DNA from: Chiloscyllium plagiosum
Taxonomy: Eukaryota
Direction: 5' to 3'
Assembly: GCF_004010195.1 (NCBI RefSeq)
Contig: NC_057728.1
Location: 54,453,724 to 54,473,723, forward strand
Length of the DNA stretch: 20,000 bases
Shown: positions 10,397 through 20,000 of the stretch, in pieces
Numbering within the stretch: position 1 is the stretch's first letter
Layout of the letters: each line of letters starts with the position of its first letter
The notes under the pieces: generated by a model
What the model was told of the DNA's origin: nothing
Seen by the model: only the letters and a program-made list of their open reading frames with translations
Database searches by the model: none
Translations under genes and position numbers: made by a program

Positions 10397-10531
10397 TCCA
10401 TTCCTGATGAAGGGCTTTTGCCCGAAACGTCGATTTTCCTGCTCCTCGGATGCTGCCTGAACTGCTGTGCTCTTCCAGCACCACTGATCCAGAATCTGGT
10501 TTCCAGCATCTGCAGTCATTGTTTTTACCTC
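10397..10531 (+). mobile_element. Penelope-like (family A) 135-bp insertion with hammerhead core and 13-bp TSD
   Basis: ATAGAAATGGAAA is duplicated at 10384-10396 and 10532-10544. The insert contains CTGATGA-A-GGGC-TTTT-GCCC-GAAA-CGTC. Confidence 0.88.
10401..10434 (+). ncRNA. Minimal type I hammerhead ribozyme motif
   Basis: CUGAUGA 10404-10410, stem II GGGC/GCCC 10412-10423, GAAA 10424-10427, palindromic ACGU in place of stem III, GUC triplet 10429-10431. Stem I is only about 2 bp (UC/GA). Confidence 0.65.
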
Positions 10532-11204
10532 ATAGAAATGGAAAGACAGAGGCAGGTGATTGCATGCAGGATGGTGCAGAAGGGAATACTTCAGATGTTT
10601 AGAACTTGGAGTCAGTTCCTGGGGAAATGGAGCATGTACAAGACTAACATGTTGCAGTTAAATAAACCTCAGACTAACTTTGTTACATGGTGATTTGCAA
10701 ATGCTGTTGGGGTGGGTTAAACTAACTTGCCAAAGATATGGGAACCAGGAGGTAATGGAGAGGGATAGCAAGGTGTAGAGAATATTAGGAGAGACAGATA
10801 GTACTACAGCATGAAATTACAGTTGCGTGTCTGAAATAAAGTATTAGGTGGGATAAGCCTAAGATGAAAAACAATAAAGCTAAATTAGGAATACAACATG
10901 TTAATAATAATGTTTTTCATCCAGAGTTAGATGTTGCTGAATCATGGAGTTTAGATCTGTTTCGAATCTTCCCCTTCTTTGAGTGGGTCAATTTCGATAA
11001 TGTTACACTTAGTATCACTTCCCTAAAATAAATCTTTTCAACCCACCTGAAAGTTGTATTTTAAGTCGTCCAGATTTTAGGCAAATCTGACAATGCTGGG
11101 GTTCATAGGACCAACAAAATGGCAACACCATTAACTCTCATAGAGGTTGGTGCACCCAGACTGGAAAAACTGGCACTCAACTGTGAGGCAGAAGAAGCTA
11201 CTGT

Positions 11205-11655
11205 TATCTCCAACTCTCAACTCCTCGTTTCTGGTCTCTTAAGCATCCCTGATTTTAGTCACTCCAACACCCTGGTCACTAAGAATGTCTCTCTTAAAGG
11301 AGCAGGGATATCTCTATCCACGGATGTGCATGTTAAGTGGATTGGCTATGGGAAATGCAGGGTTACAGGAAGAGGGTAGGGTAAGGGTGGGTCTGGGTGG
11401 AATGCTCTTCAAAGATTGGTGCAGGCTGGATGGGCTGAATGGTCTGCTTCTGCACTGTAGGAATCCATTGATTGTATAAGTCTATCATCTCCCTAAATCT
11501 CTGACATCCTTTGAGGCACCCACTAAAGCCTCCCTCTTTAACTGAGGTTTTAAACACCTGCCTTAGTATCACCTTTTGCAGCTCAGTGTCAAATGTTGAT
11601 TCCAAGCGTCTGTGAAACAGCATAAAAGTGGTCATACAAATACAAATCGTCTTTG
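11205..11655 (+). mobile_element. L2-type LINE 3' end, interrupted by a SINE fragment
   Basis: TTCTGGTCTCTTAAGCATCCCTGATTTTA (compare 17705-17735), then CTCCCTAAATCTCT..CCTCTTTAAC..GCTCAGTGTCAAAT..CTGTGAAAC..ATACAAATACAAATCGTC, a typical L2 tail. Confidence 0.6.
11322..11473 (+). mobile_element. HE1-type SINE 3' half
   Basis: GATGTGCATGTTAAGTGGATTGGCTATG..GGGTCTGGGTGGAATGCTCTTC..GCACTGTAGGAATCC parallels 15348-15534. Confidence 0.8.
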
Positions 11656-12183
11656 CTATTTAATATAAACATGATGTAATGGAATGTTTCCGCTGAAGGC
11701 AGCTATGGCATGGGCCTCAGGATAAAGCATAATGTTTGCTTCTGTGCAGTGCTCTCAGTTCCCTGTAGTCAAAGTAACCACAAATGCTGGAGTGAAGTTA
11801 CTGCCTTCACATTTTTGGCTGTTTGCCTCAGAGCTTTATGCCCATCACTGTACAGGGCCAGCATCAAACTTTCTCTCTCGCAATGGACTGGGTCATTCCT
11901 TGGAGCGAGTCTAAACTCCAGGAAATTTTCTGTCATGATTGGATCACAACGACATAGCCACATTCATTAAAAAATGTCCTCTGGCAATATGAGTTACTAC
12001 CACAATTAGCACAGGTTTGCAAAAAGGTCAACTCATGTGTTACCTGATTATGAAAGTTAACTTTGATTCCAACTTATCTGCTGCTGATCCATTGAAGTCA
12101 GCTTTCCCAGTTAATTATTCTTACTCAGGAATTGCTCCTTCTCCTTCTCTATTGGCAACCAATTCATTATGATTGGTCACACA

Positions 12184-12277
12184 GGTGGTAGTGTCCCTGC
12201 CTCTGGATCAGCGAGGGCTGGGTTCAAGTCCCACCTGCTCCAGAAGTGTGCTGTAACATCTCTGAACAGATTGATTC
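12184..12277 (+). mobile_element. Short tRNA-derived SINE
   Basis: GTGGTAGTGTCCCTGCCTCTGGATCAG..GGGTTCAAGTCCCACC (B box), followed by a unique tail. Confidence 0.6.
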
Positions 12278-12319
12278 TCGAAGCAACAACTACAATGTCC
12301 ATTATTCCAAAACATTTTC

Positions 12320-13088
12320 CCCTATTAGTCTTGACTTGGTACTGAAAATGACAACAGTAAACAGAACTCTGTTGACCCTGCAGAGCTCCCCTCTGATTAG
12401 ATTCCTACAGTGTGGAAACAGGCCCTTTGGCCCCACCTACGCTCTGAAGAGTAACCCACCCAGACCCATTTCCCTCTGACCAATGCACCTAACACTATGG
12501 GCAACTAAGCATGGCCAATTCACCTGGCCTCTGGGAAGAAACCGGAGAACCCAGAGGAAACCCACGCAGACACAGGGAGAATGTGCAAACTCCACATAGA
12601 CAGTCACCCAAGGCTGGAATCGAGCCTGGGTCCCTGGCACTGAGGCAGCAGTGCTAACCACTGAGCCACTATGCCATCACTCTAAGGACTAGAGCTGTCT
12701 CACAGACTAGTCAAGCAACAGCCTGATATCGTCACACTCATGGAATCATACCTTACAGACAATGTCCCAGACATCTCTATCACAATCCCTGTCCCACCAG
12801 CAGCACACACTCAGCAGCCGTGGCAGGAACATTGACTTATAGCATCAGGTCAAACACCGGCAAGGAAACCTCCTGCTGATTACCTCCCGGCTGCTGGATC
12901 AGTACCAGTCCATGTTGAACACCCCTTATAGGGAGCACTGAAGGTGGCAAGAGTGTAGGGTGTACTCTAGGTGAGGACTTCAATGTCCATCATCAAAAGT
13001 GTCACAGCAGCATCACTAAAAATTGCTGTTTGGCTGGGTCTGCGGCAGATGGTGAGAGAATGAACAAGAGGGAAAAGCATACTTAACC
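12320..13088 (+). mobile_element. Decayed APE-endonuclease region of a second CR1-group (Zenon-like) LINE, with nested SINE
   Basis: Translates in pieces to ELSHRLVKQQPDIVTLMESYLTDNVPDISITIP..HQVKHRQGNLLLIT..EDFNVHHQK (GDFN-motif remnant)..LGLRQMVRE*TRGKSIL, with many deletions. Confidence 0.75.
12395..12677 (-). mobile_element. HE1-type V-SINE, near full length, internal deletions
   Basis: Reverse complement starts TGGCATAGTGGCTCAGTGGTTAGCACTGCTGCCTCA and contains the V-domain and tail ..CCACACTGTAGGAATCTAATC. Confidence 0.9.
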
Positions 13089-13360
13089 GTTGTGAATTAA
13101 AAGGTGACTGCTGTGTTTCTAACATTAGTAAGGCTATAAATTTGTCCAATAGAAGGAGAAGTCTACTTTGGTGGGCCCTTGTCTTTCCTTGTACAGTATC
13201 TGGTTTTCTTATTATGTAGGATAACTTTGATGCTGAAACAGATCACTCAGCTCCACCACTCCGTACTAGTGTTTATCCTCTTGTAAAGACCATGTCTTTT
13301 TATTTTTGTGGTTTCTATTGTTGTGGACTGAAATGAGAAAGAACTGTTTTAATACCAATG

Positions 13361-14163
13361 TCATAGAGTTGTACAGTACGGAAACAGATCCTTTGGTCCA
13401 ACTTGTCCATGCCAAACACATTTCCTAAATAATCTGGTCCCATTTGCCAGCATTTGACCCTCTAAAATCTTCCTATTCAGGTACCCTTCCAAATGACTTT
13501 TAAATATTGTAATTATACCAACCCCCGCCACTTCCTCTGGCAGCTTATTCCATACATGTGCCACCCTCTCTGTAAAACATTTGCCCCTTAGGTCCCTTTT
13601 AAATCTTTCCCCTCTCACCTTAAACTTATGCCCTCTAGTTTGAGACTCTCCTACCCTGGGAAAAAGACCTTGGCTATTCACCCTATCCTCATGGAGGGGG
13701 ATATTAATTGGTCACACTGACCAATGTAGACAAGCATACCAAATGCCTTCTTCACTGCCCTATCTACCTGCGATTCCATATTCAAGGAACTATGAATTTG
13801 CACCCTAAGGTCGCTTTGCTTGGCAACAATCCCCAGGGCCCTACTATTAAGTGCATAAGTCCTGTCCTGATTTGCCTTAACAAAATGAAACACCTCATAT
13901 TTATCTAAATTGTATTCCATCTGCCATTCCACGGCCCATCAGCTCATGTGATCAAAGTCCCATTGTCCTCTGAGGTAATCTTCTTCATTGTCCAATACAC
14001 CACCAATTTTGGTATCTTCTGCAAGCTTACTGACCATTCCTCCTATATTCACATCTAAATCATTTATACTAATGACAAAAAGCATCGATCGTTGTGGAAC
14101 ATCGCTGGCCACAAGCCTTCAGTCCAAAAAACAACCTTCCACCACCATCCTCTGTTTCCTATC
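13361..14163 (-). mobile_element. CR1 LINE 3' fragment (RT C-terminus) with an internal deletion
   Basis: ORF-track pieces EWQMEYNLDKYEVFHF..SDLRVQIHSSLNMESQVDRAVKKAFGML and GLFPRVGESQTRGHKFKVRGERFKRDLRG..WNKLPEEV are homologous to 7927-8656. Confidence 0.93.
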
Positions 14164-14291
14164 CTGTTTTAAATGATTGGTGCATGTTTTGGAAAGCAAT
14201 TTACCTGACCGTTATGGCAAGTATCATATAAACAGCTGGTTGACCAAGCAGTAATTGAAGTTTGGATTACAGATGAACTGGAACCAAAGAG

Positions 14292-14502
14292 TGGAACCTG
14301 TTGCTCTCAAAGGCTGTGGAGTTAAGTCATTGAGTGCATTTAGGACAGAGATATATAGGTTCTTCATTAGTAAAGGGATCAAGGGCTACAGATAGAAGGC
14401 AGGAGAATGGATTTCAGACATAGATCAGCCATGATTAAATGGTAGAGAAGATTTGATGAGCTGAATGGCCTAATTCTGCTTCCATATCTTATGGTCTTAT
14501 GG
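14292..14502 (+). mobile_element. CR1 LINE 3' end (TCTTATGG-tail subfamily)
   Basis: GGCTGTGGAG..AAGTCATTGAGTGCATTTAGGACAGAGAT..GATCAGCCATGATTAAATGG..GAATGGCCTAATTCTGCT, ending in (TCTTATGG)2. Confidence 0.85.
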
Positions 14503-14949
14503 TTGTGTGCAGATGAACCTGCGTAGCAACAAGACATTTATTGGTCTATGGACTAGCGATTAGTTATTGATGACAAAGGTCATTTGTCTATTAACAGCCA
14601 TGATTGGTTCGCAAATAACTGAACAGCTTAGGACTGGGAACCAGACTGCAAGTATGATTGGATTTCCATTAGCTCAGGAGCTGTTTCTCTGTTCTCTGCA
14701 GTCAAAACACATTTTAAACCTGAAAAAAAACTAGTTTGTCTCTCATTCAGCAGTTTCTGCTGTAAACTTTGACTCTAATTGATCAGCCAGAGAGCAGTGA
14801 CCAGTGAACCAATCACCTTGAATATCTTATAAACCAGTAGAAGCATCTAGAAAAAGATAACTGGAAATCAAATTAAAGCATGCATGTATAATAGGATCAG
14901 CATTTTAATATACACTGACAGTTTATAAATGCTACTCATTGTGATAACA

Positions 14950-15180
14950 AACCCCGCTTTCTCACCATCCTTTGGGTAAAGAAGCTTCTCTTGAATTCTC
15001 TATTGGATTTACTTCTGATGATTTTGTCTTTTTGGCTATGAATTTGATACTCAAACCAGCTCTCCCCAACCCTCTCACACACAATACCACCACCACTCAA
15101 AAAAGAAAGAAAATGTACTCTCTGGTTTGAACTTTAAGGAACTCATCAGGTAATATCATTTCAACTTTTCTCCTTTTTAA
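14950..15180 (-). mobile_element. Old CR1 fragment
   Basis: TTCTCACCATCCTTTGGGTAAAGAAGCTTCTCTTGAATTCTCTATTGGATTTA resembles 1740-1795. Confidence 0.45.
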
Positions 15181-15198
15181 ACCTTTGCACCCTTTTAT

Positions 15199-15534
15199 GG
15201 GTGGCACAGTGGCTTAGTGGTTAGCACAGCTGCTGCACAGTGCTGGGGACCTGGGTTTGATCACAGCCTGTCTGTGTGGAGTTTGCATATTCTTCCTGTG
15301 TCTGCATGGGTTTCCTCTGGGTGCTCTTGTTTCCTCCCTCAGTCCGAAGATGTGCAGGTTAGTTGAATTGACTGTGTTAAATTGCTCATAGTGTTCAGGG
15401 ATGTGTAGGTTTGGGGCATTAGTCAAGGGTTAACATGTTAGGGGAATAGGGCTGGGTGGATTACTCTTCGGAGGGTTGGTGTGGACTTGTTGGGCTGAAA
15501 GGCCCATTCCCACGCTGTAGCGATTCTAATTCTA
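15199..15534 (+). mobile_element. HE1-type V-SINE, full length
   Basis: GGGTGGCACAGTGGCTTAGTGGTTAGCAC (A box), GGGTTTGATC (B box), V-domain, and tail CACGCTGTAGCGATTCTAATTCTA. Confidence 0.92.
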
Positions 15535-15649
15535 AAGAACCTTAGACTTGTCAATCTTTTGTTATAATCATTTACTTCACTTAGTGTCATCTTGCTGTGT
15601 GTGGATTGGTTTCATGTCATGGGTCACTCATTGATGAAGAAAGTACTCT

Positions 15650-16063
15650 GGGACAAACATCCACAAATATCCACTTCCTCCACCACTCTGTCGTAGCAGC
15701 ATGTACTACCTACAAGGTGCACTGCAGAGATTCACCAACAGTCCTTTGACAGCACTTTCCAAACCCACGACCACATCCATTGAGAAGGGCAAGACCATCA
15801 GATACATGGTAACAGAACCATGTGTAAGTTCTACTCCAAGCGAATCACCATTCTGACTTGGACATATATTGCCATTCCTTCACTGTCACCGGGTCAAAAT
15901 CTTGAAATTTCCTCCTGAACATAACTGTGGGTCAACCAACAGCATATGGGCTGCAGTCGTTCAAGAAGGCAGATCACTGCCTCCTTCTGAAGGACAACTC
16001 GGGATGGATAATAAATGCTGGCCCAGCCATTGACTCTCACATTCCACAAGTGAATAAGAAAAA
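15650..16063 (+). mobile_element. 3' end of second CR1-group (Zenon-like) LINE
   Basis: Homologous to the reverse complement of 17835-17950 plus 18364-18650. Ends AATAAATGCTGGCCCAGCC..TGAATAAGAAAAA. Confidence 0.85.
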
Positions 16064-16298
16064 CTCCTGATGACCTGCACTATATAAATGGAAGTTCTCC
16101 AATCCTTTGTATTGTGCAAGCAACTATGGAAGTCACAAAGCTATTGACCAACATTTTTTTCTTGTATTTCTGCTTTGGAACTAATCAGTTCATTGCTTGA
16201 ATTTGCATCTGCCATTATATGCACTTCCTCTCTTACTCTAAATGAATTGATCTTGACTGGACTCCAATGAGTAATCTTGCTCAAGTTGTTTCCATTAC

Positions 16299-16475
16299 CA
16301 TAAGACCAATGTAGGAGCAGAAGTAGATCATTTGACCTATTGGTGCTGCTCCATCATACAATGAGATACAATGAATACATGACTGACCTGATCATATGCT
16401 ACTCCCACCTTATCCTCATAACCCTTACTAATGAAAAAAATCTGTCAATCTCAGCCTTGTACAATCAACAATATA
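16299..16475 (-). mobile_element. CR1 3' end (TCTTATGG-tail subfamily), diverged
   Basis: CCATAAGACCAATGTAGGAGCAGAAGTAGATCATTTGACC is a diverged reverse complement of the tail at ~14455-14502. Confidence 0.7.
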
Positions 16476-16604
16476 TTCAGTGTGGTCTATCATCCATATT
16501 TGCCCATATTTCAGAGGGGATCCAGAGGGGATCAGTAATCCTCAACAGGAATATTGGTTGATATTTCTTTCCACAGGTCAGTGAAGAGTATTTCAACTCG
16601 CTCC

Positions 16605-16727
16605 TTCCTGATGAAGAGCTCATGCTCGAAATGTCAACTCTCCTGCTCCTCAGATGCTGCCTGACCAACTGTGCTTTTGCAGCACCACACTTTTCGACTC
16701 CCAGCATCTGCAGTCCTCACTTTCTCC
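16605..16727 (+). mobile_element. Penelope-like (family A) terminal fragment with hammerhead core
   Basis: CTGATGA-A-GAGC-TCAT-GCTC-GAAA-TGTC, then CCTGCTCCTCAGATGCTGCCTGACC..CCAGCATCTGCAGTC as in 10397-10531. Confidence 0.85.
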
Positions 16728-17599
16728 CACTCCTACCTTATGCCTTGAAGGTAGTGCGCAGACATAGGCAGACGAGTTACTTGTTGTAGAATTGTCCACC
16801 TCCGACCCGCTCTTGGAGCTGTGGAAATCAAACGACAGGACCAGTCCTGTCCCTGGTCAATGACGATTCCTCACTGGGGGATATTAATGATGGTGTGCCT
16901 TGGAGTAGTTGAGGCAGAGACAATTGCAGCTTTGAGAGGACACTGGATAAGATAGGGCAGACACAAACAAGATAGTCAAAACAAGGTAGAGACAAAGGCA
17001 GCCGACTGAATATGAGTTTGCTCTCGTAAAGAGCTAGCATGGATGTAATGGGTTAATTGGGCTCTTCAGGAGCATCTATTCCCAGCCTGCCAGACAAATA
17101 GCTGGTTAAATCACAGGACCATTTATTGTGGACATTAGATCAATCCTTTCTTGCAAATTCTCAGCTCACAGTGTTGAGTAAACCACTGAGAAAGGCGTTT
17201 GAAATTCTTGGGAGGTTTTCCTGTTTAATTCGCGTTGGCGGGTGGTTTGGAAGTTCAAATATCCTGACTGCAGTTTTGTTCTTTTACACAAAATTAAATG
17301 CCAAGCATGCCTTTACTAAAACAAGGACAATCAAAGGCACGAGCTGGCTGGGCATTAGGGAATGTTTATTGGGAGCTGGCCATTGTTTATGAAGAATGCA
17401 AGCTGTTCTGACCCTGCCATTGAAAGGGAGGCACTTGCAAAAGCTCTTTATTCATAAGAAAGATTGGGTGCAAGGGATTGTGAGGTTTGTTATAGCTGTA
17501 ACCATGGAGCGATTAACCATACCTTCACATTGAATCAAATGCTGACAAAAAGGAAGTCACGCACTTCAATGAGCAGTTTCTGATTAAAGCATTTTCAAT

Positions 17600-17798
17600 A
17601 CTTTGAAACGCTCACCAAGTTTTCAGTCTTTCCTCGGTTTCTCCTGCCTTTTCTATGTATTTCCTCCAACCTCTCAAACCCCTGCAAGATCAGTGTTCCT
17701 CCAATTCTGGCCTCTTGGACAATCCCTGGTATTATTCATTCCACCATTGGCCTTGCCTTCAACTGCCTGGTCACTGAACTCTGGAGGCTTAAACCTCA
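17600..17798 (+). mobile_element. L2-type LINE fragment
   Basis: CCTCCAATTCTGGCCTCTTGGACAATCCC..CCACCATTGGCCTTGCCTTCAACTGCCTGG..CTCTGGA is related to 11220-11280. Confidence 0.6.
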
Positions 17799-17954
17799 AA
17801 TATTTTAATTCCACCCCTTGCATCAAACGTGTGTTTGTTCTTGTAGTGGGAGAGGATGTGTGTATTGCTGGCAGGGCTGATATTTATCATCTATGCCTCA
17901 TTGCTTTGGACAAAGTGGTGCTGAGTTGCCTACTTATACCACGCCAGTCCTTCT

Positions 17955-18169
17955 TGAAATAACTCTTTGGAGGCCGACATCCTGTCACCAATCACCCTTT
18001 ATTGACAAAAGCACTGCATCTCACTGAGCATTCAGTGAGTCCAATATCCCTGATATTCACCCCAATTATGCCAGCCAGCTCTCTCTAATTGGACCAGATT
18101 AACAGCCTCAATCGGGGAACTCATATTCTTATGATGTCTAGTTTGGCTGACCTCATTCCAATCACTACA
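17955..18169 (-). mobile_element. Solo LTR (probably Gypsy-type), 215 bp
   Basis: Reverse complement runs TGTAGTGAT...GTTATTTCA (TG..CA) with an internal CCAAT and AATAAA. 5-bp flanks are CTTCT (17950-17954) and CTTGT (18170-18174). Confidence 0.75.
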
Positions 18170-18176
18170 CTTGTGG

Positions 18177-18366
18177 CCATGATGTGGAGATACTGGTGTT
18201 GGACTGGGGTGGACAAAGTTACAAATCACACACCAGGTTATAGTCCAACAGGTTTATTTGGAAGCACTAGCTTTCAGAGTGCTGCTCCTTCATCAGGTAA
18301 CTAGTTACTTCCAAATAAACCTGTTGGATTATAACCTGGCATTGTATGATTTTTGACTTTACCCAC
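18177..18366 (-). mobile_element. Penelope-like (family B) element end with inverted duplication and hammerhead core
   Basis: Reverse complement of 18177-18300 contains CTGATGA-A-GGAG-CAGCA-CTCT-GAAA-GCTA-GTG. 18301-18366 is an inverted copy of 18209-18270. (CAC)TTGTGG is present on both flanks. Confidence 0.85.
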
Positions 18367-19566
18367 TTGTGGTGTCAGTACACTTACAATGCTGTTAGCG
18401 AGAGAGTTTCAGGATCTTGATCCCAGTGACAGTGAAGGAATGGCAATGTATTTCCAAGTCAGGATGGTGGGCTTTGGCTAAGAGGAGAACTTGCAGGTGG
18501 TGGTGTATTTGTAGTCCTTGTCCTTCGAGATGGAAATGGTTGTGAGTTTGTAAGGTACTGTCCAAGAAGCCTTGGTGAAATTTTGCAGCATGTCTTGTAG
18601 ATGGTGATCACTATGTGTCAGTGGTGAAGGGAGTAAATGTTGAAGATTGTAGATGCGATGCCGATTAAGTGGAATATTTCCTGGATTGTATTAAGCTTCT
18701 TGATTGTTGTTGGGGCTGAACTCTTCCAGTTAAGTACAGAGTATTCTACCAGATTCCTGAGCTGTGCCTTATAGATACTGGATAGACTTTGGTGAGTCAG
18801 GAGGTGAGGTATTCGTTGCAGAACTCCCAGCCCAGTTCCGATTGTATTTCGTTCTTTGTTTTTACTATGTGATATGTACGTCACCTGTTTCTATCTAATC
18901 CTTATTTTTAATGCGCAGAAGGAAGTTAGGAATGATCAGCCTGCCAAGGGATTTAAAACCATCCTATCACGTTAACAGTTCTGATAGAATTGCTCTACCT
19001 CAGTTACGCTGACCTCTTTGAGTAGATGACAGAAATAACTTCTCTGACTATTTCTGACGAAGATAGGAGCTGGATACTTGGATTACAACAAAGGACCCGG
19101 TGTCTTCTATCAATGAACATTGAATGGAAGAAGCTTTAATCTATTGGCAGCCTTGCTCAATGCTAAAAATAGTGCCGTCTGATGTTTCAAAGGGACATGT
19201 TCACCAATGGGTCTTTGTTTCCCGTGATTCCTGGAATGTCTACAGGTAATTTTCACTCCGCTACTGTAGTTTATCTTGGAAGCTGGTAGTCAATGACTGA
19301 AGGGAGCTTGAGAAATGAGAAGAGGGATTCATCTCATGAAATGCAGTCAAGTCTCATCCAGACTCATTCTTCAATTGTGACTCCTTCAAACATTATTGAC
19401 TTCTATGAGGCATCAAACTTAAATGATGCTTTTTAAAATAGATACGCTGAAATTATACCCAAGTAGGTTTGAACATTGCATCAATCTTGTCTCACTCTGG
19501 GAAGGTGTATACAGCTTATGTAAACACTTCATCTGTTCAGGGAAACTTAATAGGGAGAGTTACTGA

Positions 19567-20000
19567 CTGAGAAGTAAGAAAGGGATGATCACCTTATTGG
19601 GATTGTATTATAGACCCCCCAGTAGTCAGAGGGAAATTGAGAAACAAACTTGTAAGGAGATCTCAGCTATCTGTAAGAATAGTAGGGTAGTTATGGTGGG
19701 GGATTTTAACTTTCCAAACATCGACTGGGACTACCATAGTGTTAAAGGTTTAGATGGAGAGGAATTTCTTAAGTGTGTACAAGACAATTTTCTGATTCAG
19801 TATGTGGATGCACCTACTAGAGAAGGTGCAAAACTTGACCTACTCTTGGGAAATAAGGCAGGGCAGGTGACTGAGGTGTCAGTGGGGGAGCACTTTGGGG
19901 CCAGCGACCATAATTCTATTAGTTTTAAAATAGTGATGGAAAAGGATAGACCAGATCTAAAAGTTGAAGTTCTAAATTGGAGAAAGGCCAATTTTGACAG
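19567..20000 (+). mobile_element. CR1 LINE ORF2 APE endonuclease domain, 5'-truncated, open frame to window end
   Basis: 144 stop-free codons: LRSKKGMITLLGLYYRPPSSQ..VMVGDFNFPNIDW..YVDAPTREGAKLDLLL..FGASDHNSISF..LNWRKANFD, with YRPP, GDFN and SDH motifs. Confidence 0.95.

Larger units (their letters stand above)
10020..10800 (+). mobile_element. Decayed CR1 ORF1 (SGNH esterase-like region), interrupted by 10397-10531
   Basis: Remnants CCCTGGTACTAGAGTAAAAGATG (PGARVKDV-like), GGAGAGGGTGAACAGC (GEGEQ), CAGGATCTCAAAAGTAACAATCTC (RTSKVVIS-like), GGATGGTGCAGAAGGGA (WCRR-like) and GCTGTTGGGGTGGGTTAAACTAA (AVGEGLN* end) match recalled shark CR1 ORF1. Confidence 0.65.
17835..18835 (-). mobile_element. 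3' part of second CR1-group LINE, split by nested insertions at 17955-18363
   Basis: ORF 18618-18884(-) LGVLQRIPHLLTHQSLSSIYKAQLRNLVEYSVLNWKSSAPTTIKKLNTIQ is LINE ORF2 C-terminal sequence. Both flanking parts are collinear with 15650-16063. Confidence 0.85.

Noticed and set aside
11710..11970. Three overlapping ORFs in apparently unique sequence
   Set aside because: No recognisable motif or consistent splice structure.
12184..12240. tRNA gene (also 2590-2677 and the SINE heads)
   Set aside because: A/B boxes are present, but there is no acceptor stem or cloverleaf and the sequence continues into repeat bodies.
16834..16851. Inverted repeat GACAGGAC-CA-GTCCTGTC
   Set aside because: An isolated 8-bp arm hairpin with no supporting context; plausible by chance in 20 kb.

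Overview
Non-coding, repeat-dense vertebrate DNA, most likely an intron or intergenic region of a shark/ray (elasmobranch) genome; the taxon is inferred from HE1-type V-SINEs and the CR1/L2/Penelope repeat set. Family names come from my recall of consensus sequences, not from a database search. No host gene can be confidently identified: most ORF-track entries are decayed LINE/SINE pieces or chance ORFs, and only weak candidate exons were seen. The window holds CR1 LINE fragments (3' ends, an ORF1 esterase region, and an uninterrupted endonuclease frame running off the right edge), a second CR1-group LINE family, L2 fragments, five HE1-type SINEs, Deu-type SINEs, a Tigger-like MITE and a solo LTR. 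The most interesting signal is two families of short Penelope-like retroelement ends carrying a minimal hammerhead-ribozyme core (CTGATGA-A-stemII-GAAA-palindrome-UH). Six copies are present in total, four retaining the core region. They show target-site duplications, a compensatory stem change, and fold-back inversions at the predicted cleavage site.
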